Assembly (NCBI GenBank): GCA_000934665.2
Contig: KZ537956.1
Coordinates: 62,001 to 126,000 of the forward strand
Origin: Catajapyx aquilonaris
Lineage: Eukaryota
Reading direction: 5' to 3'
Length of the DNA stretch: 64,000 nt
Shown here: piece after piece, positions 38,473 to 50,546 of the stretch
How positions within the stretch are numbered: position 1 is the first letter of the stretch
Layout of the letters: each line of letters starts with the position of its first letter
The notes under the pieces: generated by a model
Told to the model about the DNA's origin: nothing
Databases searched by the model: none
The model's input: the letters and a program-made list of their open reading frames with translations, nothing else
Made by a program: the position numbers and the translations under genes

Positions 38473-41400
38473 CTGAAAGGACAAGCAGGTTCTGTTAGAA
38501 AAAAAATCTTGACAATCGTACAGGCATGGTTGCATCGACTGAAAAGGTGCCCTTTTTTGGAATCTGAAGGAATTTCCACCGAGGAAAAGAGCAGCCGTGT
38601 CCCCCCACCTAACCAAGCCAGTGTTGTATCGAACCAAGCGCCTTTTGGAAATGACGTGCCAATTAGGTGTTGCTTCCAATATTATGTTTCGGATTACTTG
38701 CGGACTACTCCAACTCCATCCGTCATTCCCTTTGTAGGGTGAGAAAGTTAACCAACGAAATGCGATCCGAGTACATTTACTGACAATCCAAACTTCCCTC
38801 ACGGGATCGACTTTCCATTATTCATGTAAGCTAACTTTGGGGAACACACTATTGCTGAAACTTGCAAAATAATCCCGACCCGACCCTGTTGTGATGCAAA
38901 TTTATGTCGTACAGTATCTCTCTCTCTTCACTATGAAACGAAACTGCGCGCCCGCACTTACATCGCTCCAGCCAAGGAGAGAAGACTCGCTAATATACAA
39001 CGCTACACGCAGCAAGTGTGCAAGTCCACATTCATATGTAAAACTGTGTATGGCGTTGAAATTTTAGTCTGATTTATGCTCCCCCTTAACTTTTATGGGA
39101 CTGCGGCTGGGACGGGCTGGTGTCACGTGAAGCTTACGTGAAATTGATATCCCCGGAATTCAAGAAATTCTCCGTAATTAATTCCTGAATTCTGAGAACC
39201 GAGAATTACATGCGAGGTAGTTTTTCCATATACTGGAAAGTCCACTCGCATTAAAATATTTGTATATAAATTGTACACACTGTGCTGGGTGCATCAGTGC
39301 GTACTGAACCTCGTCCAAAGGTTTTTCCTTGCTAAGGGCCTTCGATGGGAGTTGAGCTGAGCGAAGGCAATGCGAGGAATATGGGGATGGATCCCCCGAC
39401 AAAAGCTCTAGACAAGTCGTAAACTGCCGTCACCTCCCTATTTCTTTCATCAAGCGGGTGCAGCTGAGGAGGAATCTTCCGGGCCTCTTGAGGCTGCCAA
39501 GATTCGGGCTCGGCTTGTATTTCACTCGCCAGCTCAGGGGGTCGACGTTATAGCTCCTTTTCCTTTGACCTCTTACGACGACTTTGCTACCTGCGAAGTG
39601 ACATATGCATCCCATTACACCCGACGGATATGAGGGTGTGGAGGACATGTGGGAAGACTCCTCCTGGCTTCAAGGGGATGGATCCAAAGCAAATATTTCC
39701 ACCAAGAACCTCCGGACAAATTTGGGGAGGGAACTTAATTTATTCCTTCCTTGTTGCGTCTTTCACATTCAGGATCGCGCTGACCAAAAAACAACCAGGC
39801 GCCATCGCCTTGGCTACGTGCCTTTCCGACCACGAAAAACTATGTGAAAATAGTCCCCAGAGATTCGCGAGACATGCTTGGAGACCACCCCGAGTGTCCA
39901 CAGTCATCCGACACCCTCCAATAAATCCGGTCCCACTCTCCAGTCTCAACTTCCCCAGTAAACAATTTAGACGCCTGACAATCTGGGGAGTAATGCACTT
40001 GCGAAGACGGTGCATTCCGATCGGTCAGCAATTAGTCACGGGTTAATTACGCCGCATTCCTAGCACCAGAAGGACACGGCCCAATTATACGCTTCGACTC
40101 TGATGGGGATCCGCCTTTCACTCATCCGCCATCTGGAAATGGGGAAGACTCCAGGAGAATCTGGAAGCTGTTCCTTCAGGACGTTCCCTCGAGTGATACT
40201 TGCGTTTGTCCACAATCTTTTCCATTCCCCCTCCCGATCATTATTCACCCTCGGACCCTCCTGCACACACTTCCAGGCCTGCGGAGATTTGTGCTCCTTC
40301 CGCATGAATAAGAAATGTACAAGAATAATTTAACATTTTTTAGAAGCTCGGTAGGGGCGGGTTCCCCCTGCAGGACATTATGACACCGCTTCAAAAATTT
40401 AAGGGTTTGACAGTTATGAAATTAAGGGTGGGTGACGTCAGCTCTTGTTTTGTTGCCAACAGATATGGGCAACACTTTTGAATTGCATTAGCAGGCCGTT
40501 TTTAATCTGGGCCGACACTTGTACGACCCGCCAGGAGCACTCATCATAAAACCAAATGAGGCGCCGGGTGACGTCACTTGCAAGCTAACGCCCTGGACCC
40601 GCAAGCAACGCCACATTCGACCCAAAACTAATGAAAAAACTTGTCCGCCTGTCCCCGCAAACCAGAGGGACTAATCCGTGGCAGGTAATTGTGGTGTCCC
40701 GCCTACTTTATATTTATACTGGAGAAAACTCGTGGCAAGGGGGCACCCAGAAATAGCGACAATCTACTGGGTGTATCTGCTCGCAGGTTCTTGGTCATTT
40801 CAGCCTGCTTGTCGGCGGGTATGAGATACAAATGATAGCTTAGCCCTGTGTCATTGGGCTGCTGCCAGTGAGCTGGATTGTCAAAGATAAACACGTGCCG
40901 GGGACCCGACTGCTTCCATCTGGCCCTTCCGGTTTCGGAGGGGGTCACAGGGGACTTACAGGGGTCACATCACAATTGGGACAATATTGATGAGTTGACT
41001 CGGGGCAGGCGATAGCGATTGGACCGGAGATCACATCTCACCCCTGCCAAGTGCGGACCGTTATTCAATTCGGGAAGCAAATGACAGGTATACACTCAAC
41101 ATTCAAACCTTAAAATAAACTTCTATATAAACAAGCACATACCATTTTTCATGAGAAAAAAAGTGTCCGTACACGGTAATGTCGCGCGCAATTTGGCTGT
41201 TAAAATGACAGTGCTCTTTTGTACAGAGTCGAGCAAGTACAGCGCACAATTTGCCATTTAGTGAGTCATACAAACAAGTTTATATCCATAGCAGGGTGCA
41301 ATTAAGTGGCACGATGCGATAGCGTAGTAGTGCATAGTGGACAAAGAAGGCCTATATCCATTGCCGAGTAGCTGCGAGCTCCGCTGTGCAATCGCCTCTT

Positions 41401-41859
41401 CTCCGGAACAAAGAGAGGCCTCCCCTGTCCGGACATTTAATTGCCGATTCTCCGGTCCAATAATGAAAGCTCCACGGGCTTCGATTGGACGGCTGACCAT
41501 TGTCCAGTTGATTGGAACGGTGGCAGAGAGAGTTGGGGGTTGTGAAGTGCGTGGGTGGTGTATATAGCTATAGATAAAGAGAGTAGTAGTTGATGCCCAA
41601 TGTTCCCTGTTGGAAGTCTTAGTCGGTGCCAACTATCTGGTGACGTGGATAAGAACCATATCTCCAGTATGTTGTGGGGTGCAATTTGTCTCAGGTGGCG
41701 AAAGGTGCGCGGAAAACGATATTTCCCGCTTGTTTGGCACAGATCCTGCCTGCCTGGCCGGGAATAATGGGAATCAGCTGCGAGCCTTCCGCACAAATAT
41801 TCGCTTATAATAAATTCCGGCCCGCCAACATCTTTCCGCCCTTCCTCTTTTTTGTGTGC

Positions 41860-41863
<4 letters not shown>

Positions 41864-41906
<43 letters not shown>
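41864..41906. repeat. (GT)n microsatellite, ~21 units
   Basis: Read directly from the sequence. Confidence 0.97.
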
Positions 41907-41908
<2 letters not shown>

Positions 41909-42258
41909 TAACTCGTAGCCAAACTAGTTGAAAATGGGGGCCACAAATTCCGCGTGAAGGGGAAAGTCGCCACCAATTATTACCGAGCTAGATTGTTGCT
42001 GATAAATTCCGCTACTTGTTCGCCGTCGATTCTGCCATCTTTCATAATTACTTTCCGCTACTTTTCACTCTTTTTCATAAGAAATATTACCATATGGCTT
42101 TGAACAGCATTTTTCTTTCAAGTGGCTTATTTAATAAAATATTAATAGAACTTAAAACGAACATTGTTTCAAAATGAAAACAATTGGAAATATTACACAA
42201 ATATAAATTATTTAATAACATTTTGTCGAAATTTAAAGATTGTGCTATTTGGAGGGGA

Positions 42259-42292
42259 AAATTCCATCTAAAATTTCATTTAGATGGAATTT
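42259..42292. repeat. Perfect 14-bp inverted repeat with a 6-nt loop
   Basis: AAATTCCATCTAAA-ATTTCA-TTTAGATGGAATTT. Confidence 0.85.
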
Positions 42293-45200
42293 CAGATCAG
42301 TGGAGAAACGAATTTACAGAGCATTGTTCTGCACTCTACAACTGCAGCCATATGTGACTGGAATGACGCGTTTAGCTTGTTCTTCAATTTAGAAATTAAC
42401 TTAATGCAGATCACGCATGATTCAAATCCCCGGGAGGCACGCCGATCGCTCGAATAGCTGCTGCATCCGCGAATATTGCCAGCCCGAGAGTGAAAAAGTG
42501 TCAATGAATGTAATTTCCACATAACACGACTGTACACCTATCGGCGCAAATCCGCCCGAAGCTGTGCAACCGTGTGTAACTGAGAGGTAGACAAAACAAT
42601 AAATTACAAAACTAGGCTGGGGCCAGTCAGTTCCATAGCAGGCAAAAATGGCAACGCCCATTCTCCCTCTCCCCCCAACTAAAAAAGTGGCATCCACAGG
42701 TGACCCTGGTATAGCGATAGTGTCTTCCCCAGGCGGCAGAGATATAGGGAAGGTCGCCAACACCAACAGATGACGCAGCGACCTGCACCTTATCATGGCT
42801 TGGGGAATTCTTGAGGGCCTGAGCTAAAAGGTTCCTATCGTTAGCCCCAGCAGTTACGAGCCGGACAACTCAACCTGTCACACTGGGCAGAAACATGTTT
42901 CAGACGACACACAAAAAAAGAAGGCACCTGGCGGTCGCCGCATACATCACCCGCACATAAACAGTGTGCCTATTCGACATATGTGTTGCCCGAGCTGACA
43001 ACATTGCTGGCTCTCCCCCCTTTATGCTCCAAAATCCGCTTAATTCTTCCCTAGGACCACATTCTACTCGCATGGCCGCACTTACAAAACGGGTCAGGAA
43101 ATGAAATGCGTTCCCCCCCTTTAAGCAAGATATCAAAGCGATGCACCATTTTTTACCAGCTTGTCACACCGAAAAAAAGGATAGCAAATCCGTCGTGGAC
43201 AAGGGCGCGTGCTGTTGTCGCCCTCTTTCGGGGAGACGCCACCATTGTTAACCCCGGAGCGGCCGGCCAACTATTTACTTCGCGTTAGTTCGACGCAATT
43301 AACTTCGAATGGACGGGACCTTTTCCTCTGTGTGACCCCCCGATCGACGGTGTCAAAGTGTCGCCTTTTGATCCATCCCCCAGCATCGACCCCTTCATGT
43401 TTCTTGTCGCCGGAACTGTTATGGAGATAGGGAACAATGGGGCGGCATATGACGGCAGCTTCCTCCCAAAAAGGATAACTCACCGCCTTTGTTCCTCCTG
43501 CTGAGTGCTCCTTGGATCGAGTCACGCATGGTCCTGATGGTCCTATTCATTGACAGAAGAACCGAATGTGTCACTCGTAGGTCAGCTACCTCACAGGATT
43601 TCCTTTCCTTATAGGTGATCCCAAAAGCCTTCTCTTTTTTTTTTCCTCCGACGTCCCCAATAATCCCAAGTCCCTTTTCCCTAATGATCTTGCTGTCAAT
43701 GTTACCGACGAAGTGGAAAAGCTGTCACACCGCATTTTGAACCAAGTACAACCCGAGAGGTGTTGACAAGCCTATATATAAAATTATTCTTGGGGAGAAA
43801 CAGCGACACAGGACTTTTGGTAGCTCATTGCGACTCTTCCGTAACTCTTTGACAGTTGTGACAATGGTTGCGTACGATTTTTTTTTGTAAATATTTAATT
43901 TAAAATTTTCTAAATTAAATCTAACGGGCCCACCCACGTGGGCAGGATCCACGGCAGTTAAAGTGAAACCCGAGGAATGACATCTTGCGGCGGCGTCGGC
44001 TGTTACCACAGCTAACAAGCAAACGGGTCATTGGGGTTCACAACACCAAAAACTCCGGAGCACGTGAGTCCAAACAGCGTGAAAAATATGCCGGGGCCAT
44101 ATTTTTTGGCCGTCATTTTCTTCCCCCAAAATTTCACGGGTCTCCGGTGTTGCCTGCTCGCAGATGGCGCCGGATTCCCACGAACCTCAATCGGAATTCG
44201 AAACTTTATTGACCACTCGGACATCTCCTAGCTCCGGTCAACATTTATACTGGGAAACACGAGTCGCTAACAGTCAAAAGATGAAAAACTTGACGACTTG
44301 GAATCAAAAGCAAACAAACTCACCCAGGAAAAAGATTTGCTTTTTGTCGGTTGAGGGTTTTTCGAGGGAAAAGACGGAAGGCAAATGTAAATTAAGGACA
44401 GAAAGTAATTTGGGAGAAGGCGGAAATGGAAAACGACGCCCAGATTTTCATCCCAGATCCTTCTCTCACCCTCTTGCAAGGGGGCTCCGGCAACAATGCT
44501 GAGAAAACACGGGATAAGGGAAGTCGGAACCCGATTCCTTCCTTACTAATTTGTTGGGGTTTGTTGCTACTCTGTGAGGGAGCCTTATTCAAATCGCCAG
44601 AGCAAACAGATGCCCCTGGGAAGAAGAAGGGTAGGGAGGAGGGGGAGATATATTTATATACGAGGAGAAGAGGGGGAAATGGTTCGTATATATAGGTCTT
44701 GCCTCCCTACGGGGGAGAATTTTAAATTTGTCTAGGAGAAATTGGGCCGATTTGTCAAGAAGGAAGGAACGGAAGCTGCAGTAATGAGATTAGTCCGACT
44801 TCTTTGTCTCGCTGTCCACGATTTCTCTTCGCAGACGGCAGGCGAGATAACTGATTATTACTGTACCCAAAGGTACTCTGACTCTTTTAAATTTAATGCT
44901 GCGATGATAACGCTTGTCTACATTATTTTTCTCCCGCCCTTCCTCATGCAAATATACCACTTTTTTAACAAAAATCCGTAGCCTCGGTGTCGCTCTTCTA
45001 TCTATTCATGAATAAACCTAAATGGGGTAAGACGTTGCGGGCCCACAAAAAAAACCACATAATCGTTATGGAAATGCGTTCCACAAATACTTCTCGTACT
45101 AAGAGCCCTGTACAAAAGCGACTGGACCTTGAAACTTTGTTGGGGCCTTTTGGATGGGAAAAATCTCTCTGCTGTATAATAGGCCCGGTATGATAAACGA

Positions 45201-47654
45201 GGGACGCATATAGGCCAGGCTCTAAAAAGTTTAAATTGTCCAAACCGTTTTTTTGGATCACTGTTTGTTGAGAGACGGAAAATTCCGACATTACTTCTCC
45301 GTCCTCGGTACAGTATTGAAGTAACTTTGCTCGTAAAGTTCCAGTCCAGTAACATTTAAAGAAGAATAGATGCATATGAGGCCGTATAATGACTGCAGGG
45401 CTGACAATGTTCAGAAAATGAAACGTGATTTACCTCTAGTCCCCCCTCCCCTCCCCACCCCCCAAAAATGTAGACAAAAGGCAAACTTTCCATGCAAAGG
45501 TTAACTTTGGATTACCCCTCCCGAAAATTCTAAGCACGCACCAGAACCCACCCACTTAAGTAAACTCAATTAGGCCTAACTTCATAAAGAAGGTAAGTGC
45601 GTTGTAATTATCCGCCGATAAGCAGCCATGATTATCAATAGCGTGACAGCAATTCACCCCACGTTAAAACAATTAACAAGGGAAGGTTAATAAACGATGT
45701 CAATTTCCCTCCTCCCCAAAATCATTACAGTTATCGGATCCTTCACCGATCGTGGGGATGGACACGCCCAAATTATGCCCTTTTATGCACTCACCTTCTG
45801 ACCCTTGACCCAGTCGACTTGGCCCCCTTATCTCTCTCCAGCTGTATCGTCCAATTTACTTTTACCTCTTTGGTGTATTGCCCATTCTCCAAACGAGATC
45901 ACTCCTATTAGCGGTGGCACCCATGAATCCAAGGCGTTTCCTGTGCATTGAACAAATTAGCCCCATAATTCCCCAGATTGCAGGCAAAAATTTAACAGCT
46001 TTGGGTAATCTAAATGAAAATGGGGGAAGGGAGAAAGGGGAGAAAGGGTCTCCCCCCTTCAAAAAAAAATATAAAGACTGATTATAGTGTACACCAAGCG
46101 ACACCCCATAAGTAAAAGGTGGCACATGGGGCTCGTTCTTCTTCCCTTCATTTCTCATCCTCCCCTGTTATGATCCTAGGATGAAGCCAGTCATCAACTT
46201 TAGCTAAACTTTCGTAGCTAAAACTTGCGCACAAATTGTGCTGTACTACTGACACGACACATTCCGCCGCTCTTCATCCAGAGGAGAATGGACAGACAAA
46301 AAAAAAGGCGGCGTTGGCTATTCACCCGCACCTGAGCCTAGCCCATCCCGGGTGCTGACCCTCCTGGGTGGTCAAGGTCCGAGCCAGCCCCTCAAATGAG
46401 CAAGCAGCCGCCTAATTTCCCCTATCAGATGACCGCACGGCCGTACACAAGACTCCACTTTTCCCTCCCCCAGCAACCCTTCAAGCTTGTAAATCTTTGG
46501 CTCTTGAGGAATTGCCTGACGTCTCTTCTGCAGCCTGGCTCCGAACTCGAGCCAGTTTTCTGAGACCAGGGAGTAGCTAGAAGGTTGTAAACGGACCACA
46601 CCAGATAGCTTCGCTGTTGGAAATTTTTTGCGTTGGGCTTTGGGGGAATATTGTGGAGGAAAACAAGTCAACGGGAAGCCGCAGGAGGCAGCCTCGGCAT
46701 CGTTTCTGCCTTTCAGACTTGACTGGCGGAGGTCACGGGGCCGAACAACAATGCAGCATCTACGGAACACCCGCGAACGGTACATTTTTAGCTGCAAGGT
46801 CGCTGGAAAATTTCTGTGAAATGTTCCAGTGCTCCAGGTTCAAGAGTCTGGCTCATATGCTTAATTCACGACATTCCATGAGAGTATCTCGGAGGGCTCG
46901 TCTCTTGGGGCCAGTCGTTGACACTTTTTGTTCAGATTTTAGTGGGGAAGGGTCTAAGGTCATAAACTGCCCTAGATTCACGCCCAAGTCTGGGGGTTGC
47001 CAACTAAGCTCTTTAACAGGATCGGGGCCTTCCTCTTCTTTTTCCCTCCTCTCTTTTTATTGCCCATCCTATATTCTGTTGCGTTAGCAGCTTCCTCTAC
47101 ATGGTGGTCGATAGCCGTACACCGATACTATACTCTTTCCAGCCAACATGGCCGTCCGGTGTTGTATAGTCCTCCTCTCTCTCTCTCTCCCAATATAAAA
47201 TCAATCCCGATCATTTTCCACCCGCACTTGGTTCCGATGCATCCGTAATGCCCTTAATCTCCTGGAAAAACAGCAATCTATGGCATTCAATCACAATAAA
47301 ACAGAGCGACGGGTATTTGTCTGGCTCACTGATCTGACCGACTGTTTATTCAATTGGTCAGGGACGTGACACTTAGCATTTGAAACCTTCATAGGAAGTG
47401 TCCGGTTTTACTCGCCTACGTCGGTTTTATTGACGGTTTGGGTCCGCTGCAAACACGCTGCAAGGCGCAGGTTTTTTTTCACGGGAGAGGAAAATATATC
47501 GCAGGGCAGCAACAGGTTTGAAATAATGCAGGGGCTCCACATGTTCAGTTATGCTGTAATATTGTGACAATTTATATTCTCAACAAACAATGAATTCGTC
47601 TGGATAAGATATATTCTGCGACGGAAAAACCGCAAGTTGTATTTCTAGTCGTGT

Positions 47655-47735
47655 ATAACCGGTTTTGTGTGTCTCAAAATGACGAGCGGTTTGATCTACC
47701 ACTATCATGAGAACAAATTCAGGTAAAGTCACTTT
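47655..47735 (-). mobile_element. Possible Penelope-like retroelement GIY-YIG endonuclease remnant
   Basis: The minus strand reads (frameshifted) YL.CSHDS-VDQTARHFETHK, similar to the PLE motif Y.F.C.C...Y(V/I)GQT.R....R..EH. Short and degraded. Confidence 0.3.
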
Positions 47736-48414
47736 TTCTAACATAAAAAGAGCATGTTTGCAATGTAGAGAGACGACTTCTAACCCTGCCATTTGAGTGG
47801 GTATCTCAAAAACCCGCAGGTTCAAGTGTGCAAAAGCGTGGCAGCACTCATTTGCACCCGAGCAGATCCAACAAGCAGTCTGAGACACTTGACATGCATC
47901 AGCTGACATTGTCCTATCACTGTGCCTAACAAGCTTGTAGACTTTATCTGGAATATCGCTTGCGTACCCTTAATTAATCTACTTCAAGCCAGGTAATTGC
48001 AGCAAAATTCGCGAAAATAAAACCCAGCCAAAATGAGCTGTGATCGCAGCAGCGCCATCCGTAAACAAACCTAATTATCGGGCAATTTTACCCTATTTAA
48101 CCGGTTCCAATTTTCAAAATTTTTGTCTGCAAGTGGTTGTCAATCAAGTACACGTTCGGAGCCGTACAATTGTCAGGTTCGTCCGTGTGGCATTCCCATA
48201 TTCCAACCAGCATGACTCCCCAGCATCAGAGCACTTCTGTCCTCCCGCATCGGAGCGGAAGTTGGTGCCTAAAATTGTACGCTTTGTATTCCATGCCAAC
48301 ACGTTGGGGCAAGCGGAATAGGGCACATTCTTCCCCGGAACAGCAAGTTTCTGTGCGAAGTCTCCTCCCTTTCTCGGGGAGAGACCTTGTCGACTTTCAG
48401 TTGTATTTGAAAGC

Positions 48415-48416
<2 letters not shown>

Positions 48417-48446
<30 letters not shown>
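48417..48446. repeat. (GA)15 microsatellite
   Basis: Read directly from the sequence. Confidence 0.95.
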
Positions 48447-48450
<4 letters not shown>

Positions 48451-49164
48451 AGAAGGTCGCGGATGCCTCCTTTTCTTTTCGGTCCCTGAGATGCTGCGAG
48501 CTGGTTTCAAGCATTCCTCGCATTCCCTCCTGTGTCTCGGCCAGGAATTGGATTGCAGTCTTGCCATGTTCGACGAGCAAAGACCCGCCAAAGTCTTCAC
48601 ACATGCTCGCTCCCTATACCTCCCGACATGTATAGCTCAACCCGGTTCCAAATTAGCCAACAGCCTGACACTTCACGCCATTGCAATTGGACGTACATAC
48701 ATCAAGAAAGAATCGCTGGGTTTAAAAAAAGCAATTTAAACACCAATCCCCGTTAACATGAGACATTCGGAGCAGGCAGGCATATAGGTTTGGTCCCTAT
48801 AGGTGGTCCCCAAAGAGTCCATTCTTCCCGGGCTATTAATCCCCGCACGTTACAAATTAAATTAAAAGCGTCTGGCGGAGAAGCTAAAGGGAAGGGAGGA
48901 TCTCTTCAATGAACTGCCTCCCTTCGGTCCACTACATCCTGCTCTGAGCCGGCCCCAAATACAGGCCTCCGCCAAATTTATTTCCTCCCAGAGACATTGC
49001 GCCCTCCCCCGCTTGGGTTTCGCAGCTGTGATTGGAAATATTTGGCGATTAACGGGCCCTGCAGGACTTTCCTCCCGGAAATTATTGTCCAGTAAAGCAC
49101 TGAACTCTTCCTCGAAGATGGCCTCACTATACTATATGTAGACTATACGTACTGCAATAAAATA

Positions 49165-49287
49165 CAGGACGCCCCAGACTTAAAGTGAATCGTTCGGCGT
49201 AAATTGAATTTTACGTAACTCGGGGGACTTTTTACGTAACTCGGAGCCTTTACGTAAGTTCGGATCTACGTAAGTCGAAACCTTCTG
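49165..49287. mobile_element. Degenerate pogo/Tigger-like MITE (~123 bp)
   Basis: TA-flanked ends CAGGACGCCCCAGACTTA... and ...CGTAAGTCGAAACCTTCTG form a diverged inverted pair of the CAG....CC.CGACTTACG type. Four internal TACGTAA(C/G)T(T)CG repeats. Confidence 0.6.
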
Positions 49288-50502
49288 TATTGGAAGGCTG
49301 CACGTGCTCGTATGTATGCTGGTTCAACCAAAGCCCATGTGTATTGGTCGGCTATTGTCAAACTTTATCAGTTATAGTACGCCAGTATCACCTCGTTATG
49401 CGTGCGTACAGCGCGAAAGGGCCGGAACAAATAGCCGATTTAATATCGGCCATGATTCTCCATCAATGTGGGAAGTAATTTATTATGCCGGAAATCAGTT
49501 TCCATCATTCTCACCCATATTTTGACGGTTTTCATTATCGGGCAGCAGTAGTCCCAACGATTTTAAAAATTCGACCAGATCCGGGCCATCATCCCATTCC
49601 CGCTCGGATTGTTTCCATACTATCCAGGGGGGAGGGGTGCCTCCCTTTAAAGAAAATACAATTTGCGAGAGGCCTGCTGTATAACCTAAACAACAATAAC
49701 TATCGTTTTGTTTTCTGTTTTTATAGTGGCATGAAACGAAGGCATCCAAACCCCCCCGATTTCAATTCACGCTCGATATTTGCAAATCCGTCACGAACGG
49801 GCACATACTCACACATACATGGAAATGGATGTGTGTGAGGCAGGGAGGGGGTGCGTTCCCCCCCGTCCCTAAAAAATAAAACGGGAGCACTGTCACGTCG
49901 GAATATGTTTACACCCGTGTAATTTGTTTTATGCGTGTAAATCCCTCGGGTCCGCCTGCACTGGGAGAATAATGAACGGGATGGACACGCTGACATTTGA
50001 AAGTCCGCATTAAGCCAGTTCCCAAGCGGATTCGTGTATCCCCCGCACCCGAGCATCACACACACACACACCTACGTCGTGTGTATAATACGGAGCCATA
50101 CCCACAACGGTCAAGCACGATTTCCACCTGATATCAGCCAAAATTCACGTACATTTTGCACCTCACGTGCACATGGATCGGCGCAGAGAAAAATTAACTT
50201 CCGTACCCACCGTAATGAGGGATAATTCGAAAATTGATTGCCTCGGGTAATTTGGTGACAATGTATAACGCTCGCCCCGTTGTTCCGCGGATAGATTAAT
50301 GGTCGCGAAACAAAATGGCCCAATAAAATACACACGTCCCTGGCATTTTAAGGGGGGGCATTTCAAACCGGAGGAAAAGCGAAACAACTAACTAGTTTTT
50401 TCCCCCCACAGCTCTAATCAAGGATTCTGCAGTTCAAGTCCCACCAAACCTGTATACAGGTAGGCATCGTAAAAATTTCAGTCATTCCGTGCGCTCACTT
50501 AC

Positions 50503-50546
50503 CGAGGGGAAGTCTGGTAGTGCTGCTCTTCATGGAGGGCACGAGC
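50503..50546 (-). other. Candidate 44-nt upstream micro-exon
   Basis: Strong acceptor TTTTTCTATTCTTTCTCCGCAG|G and consensus donor TCG|GTAAGTG, on the same strand as Plexin-B. Confidence 0.55.
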
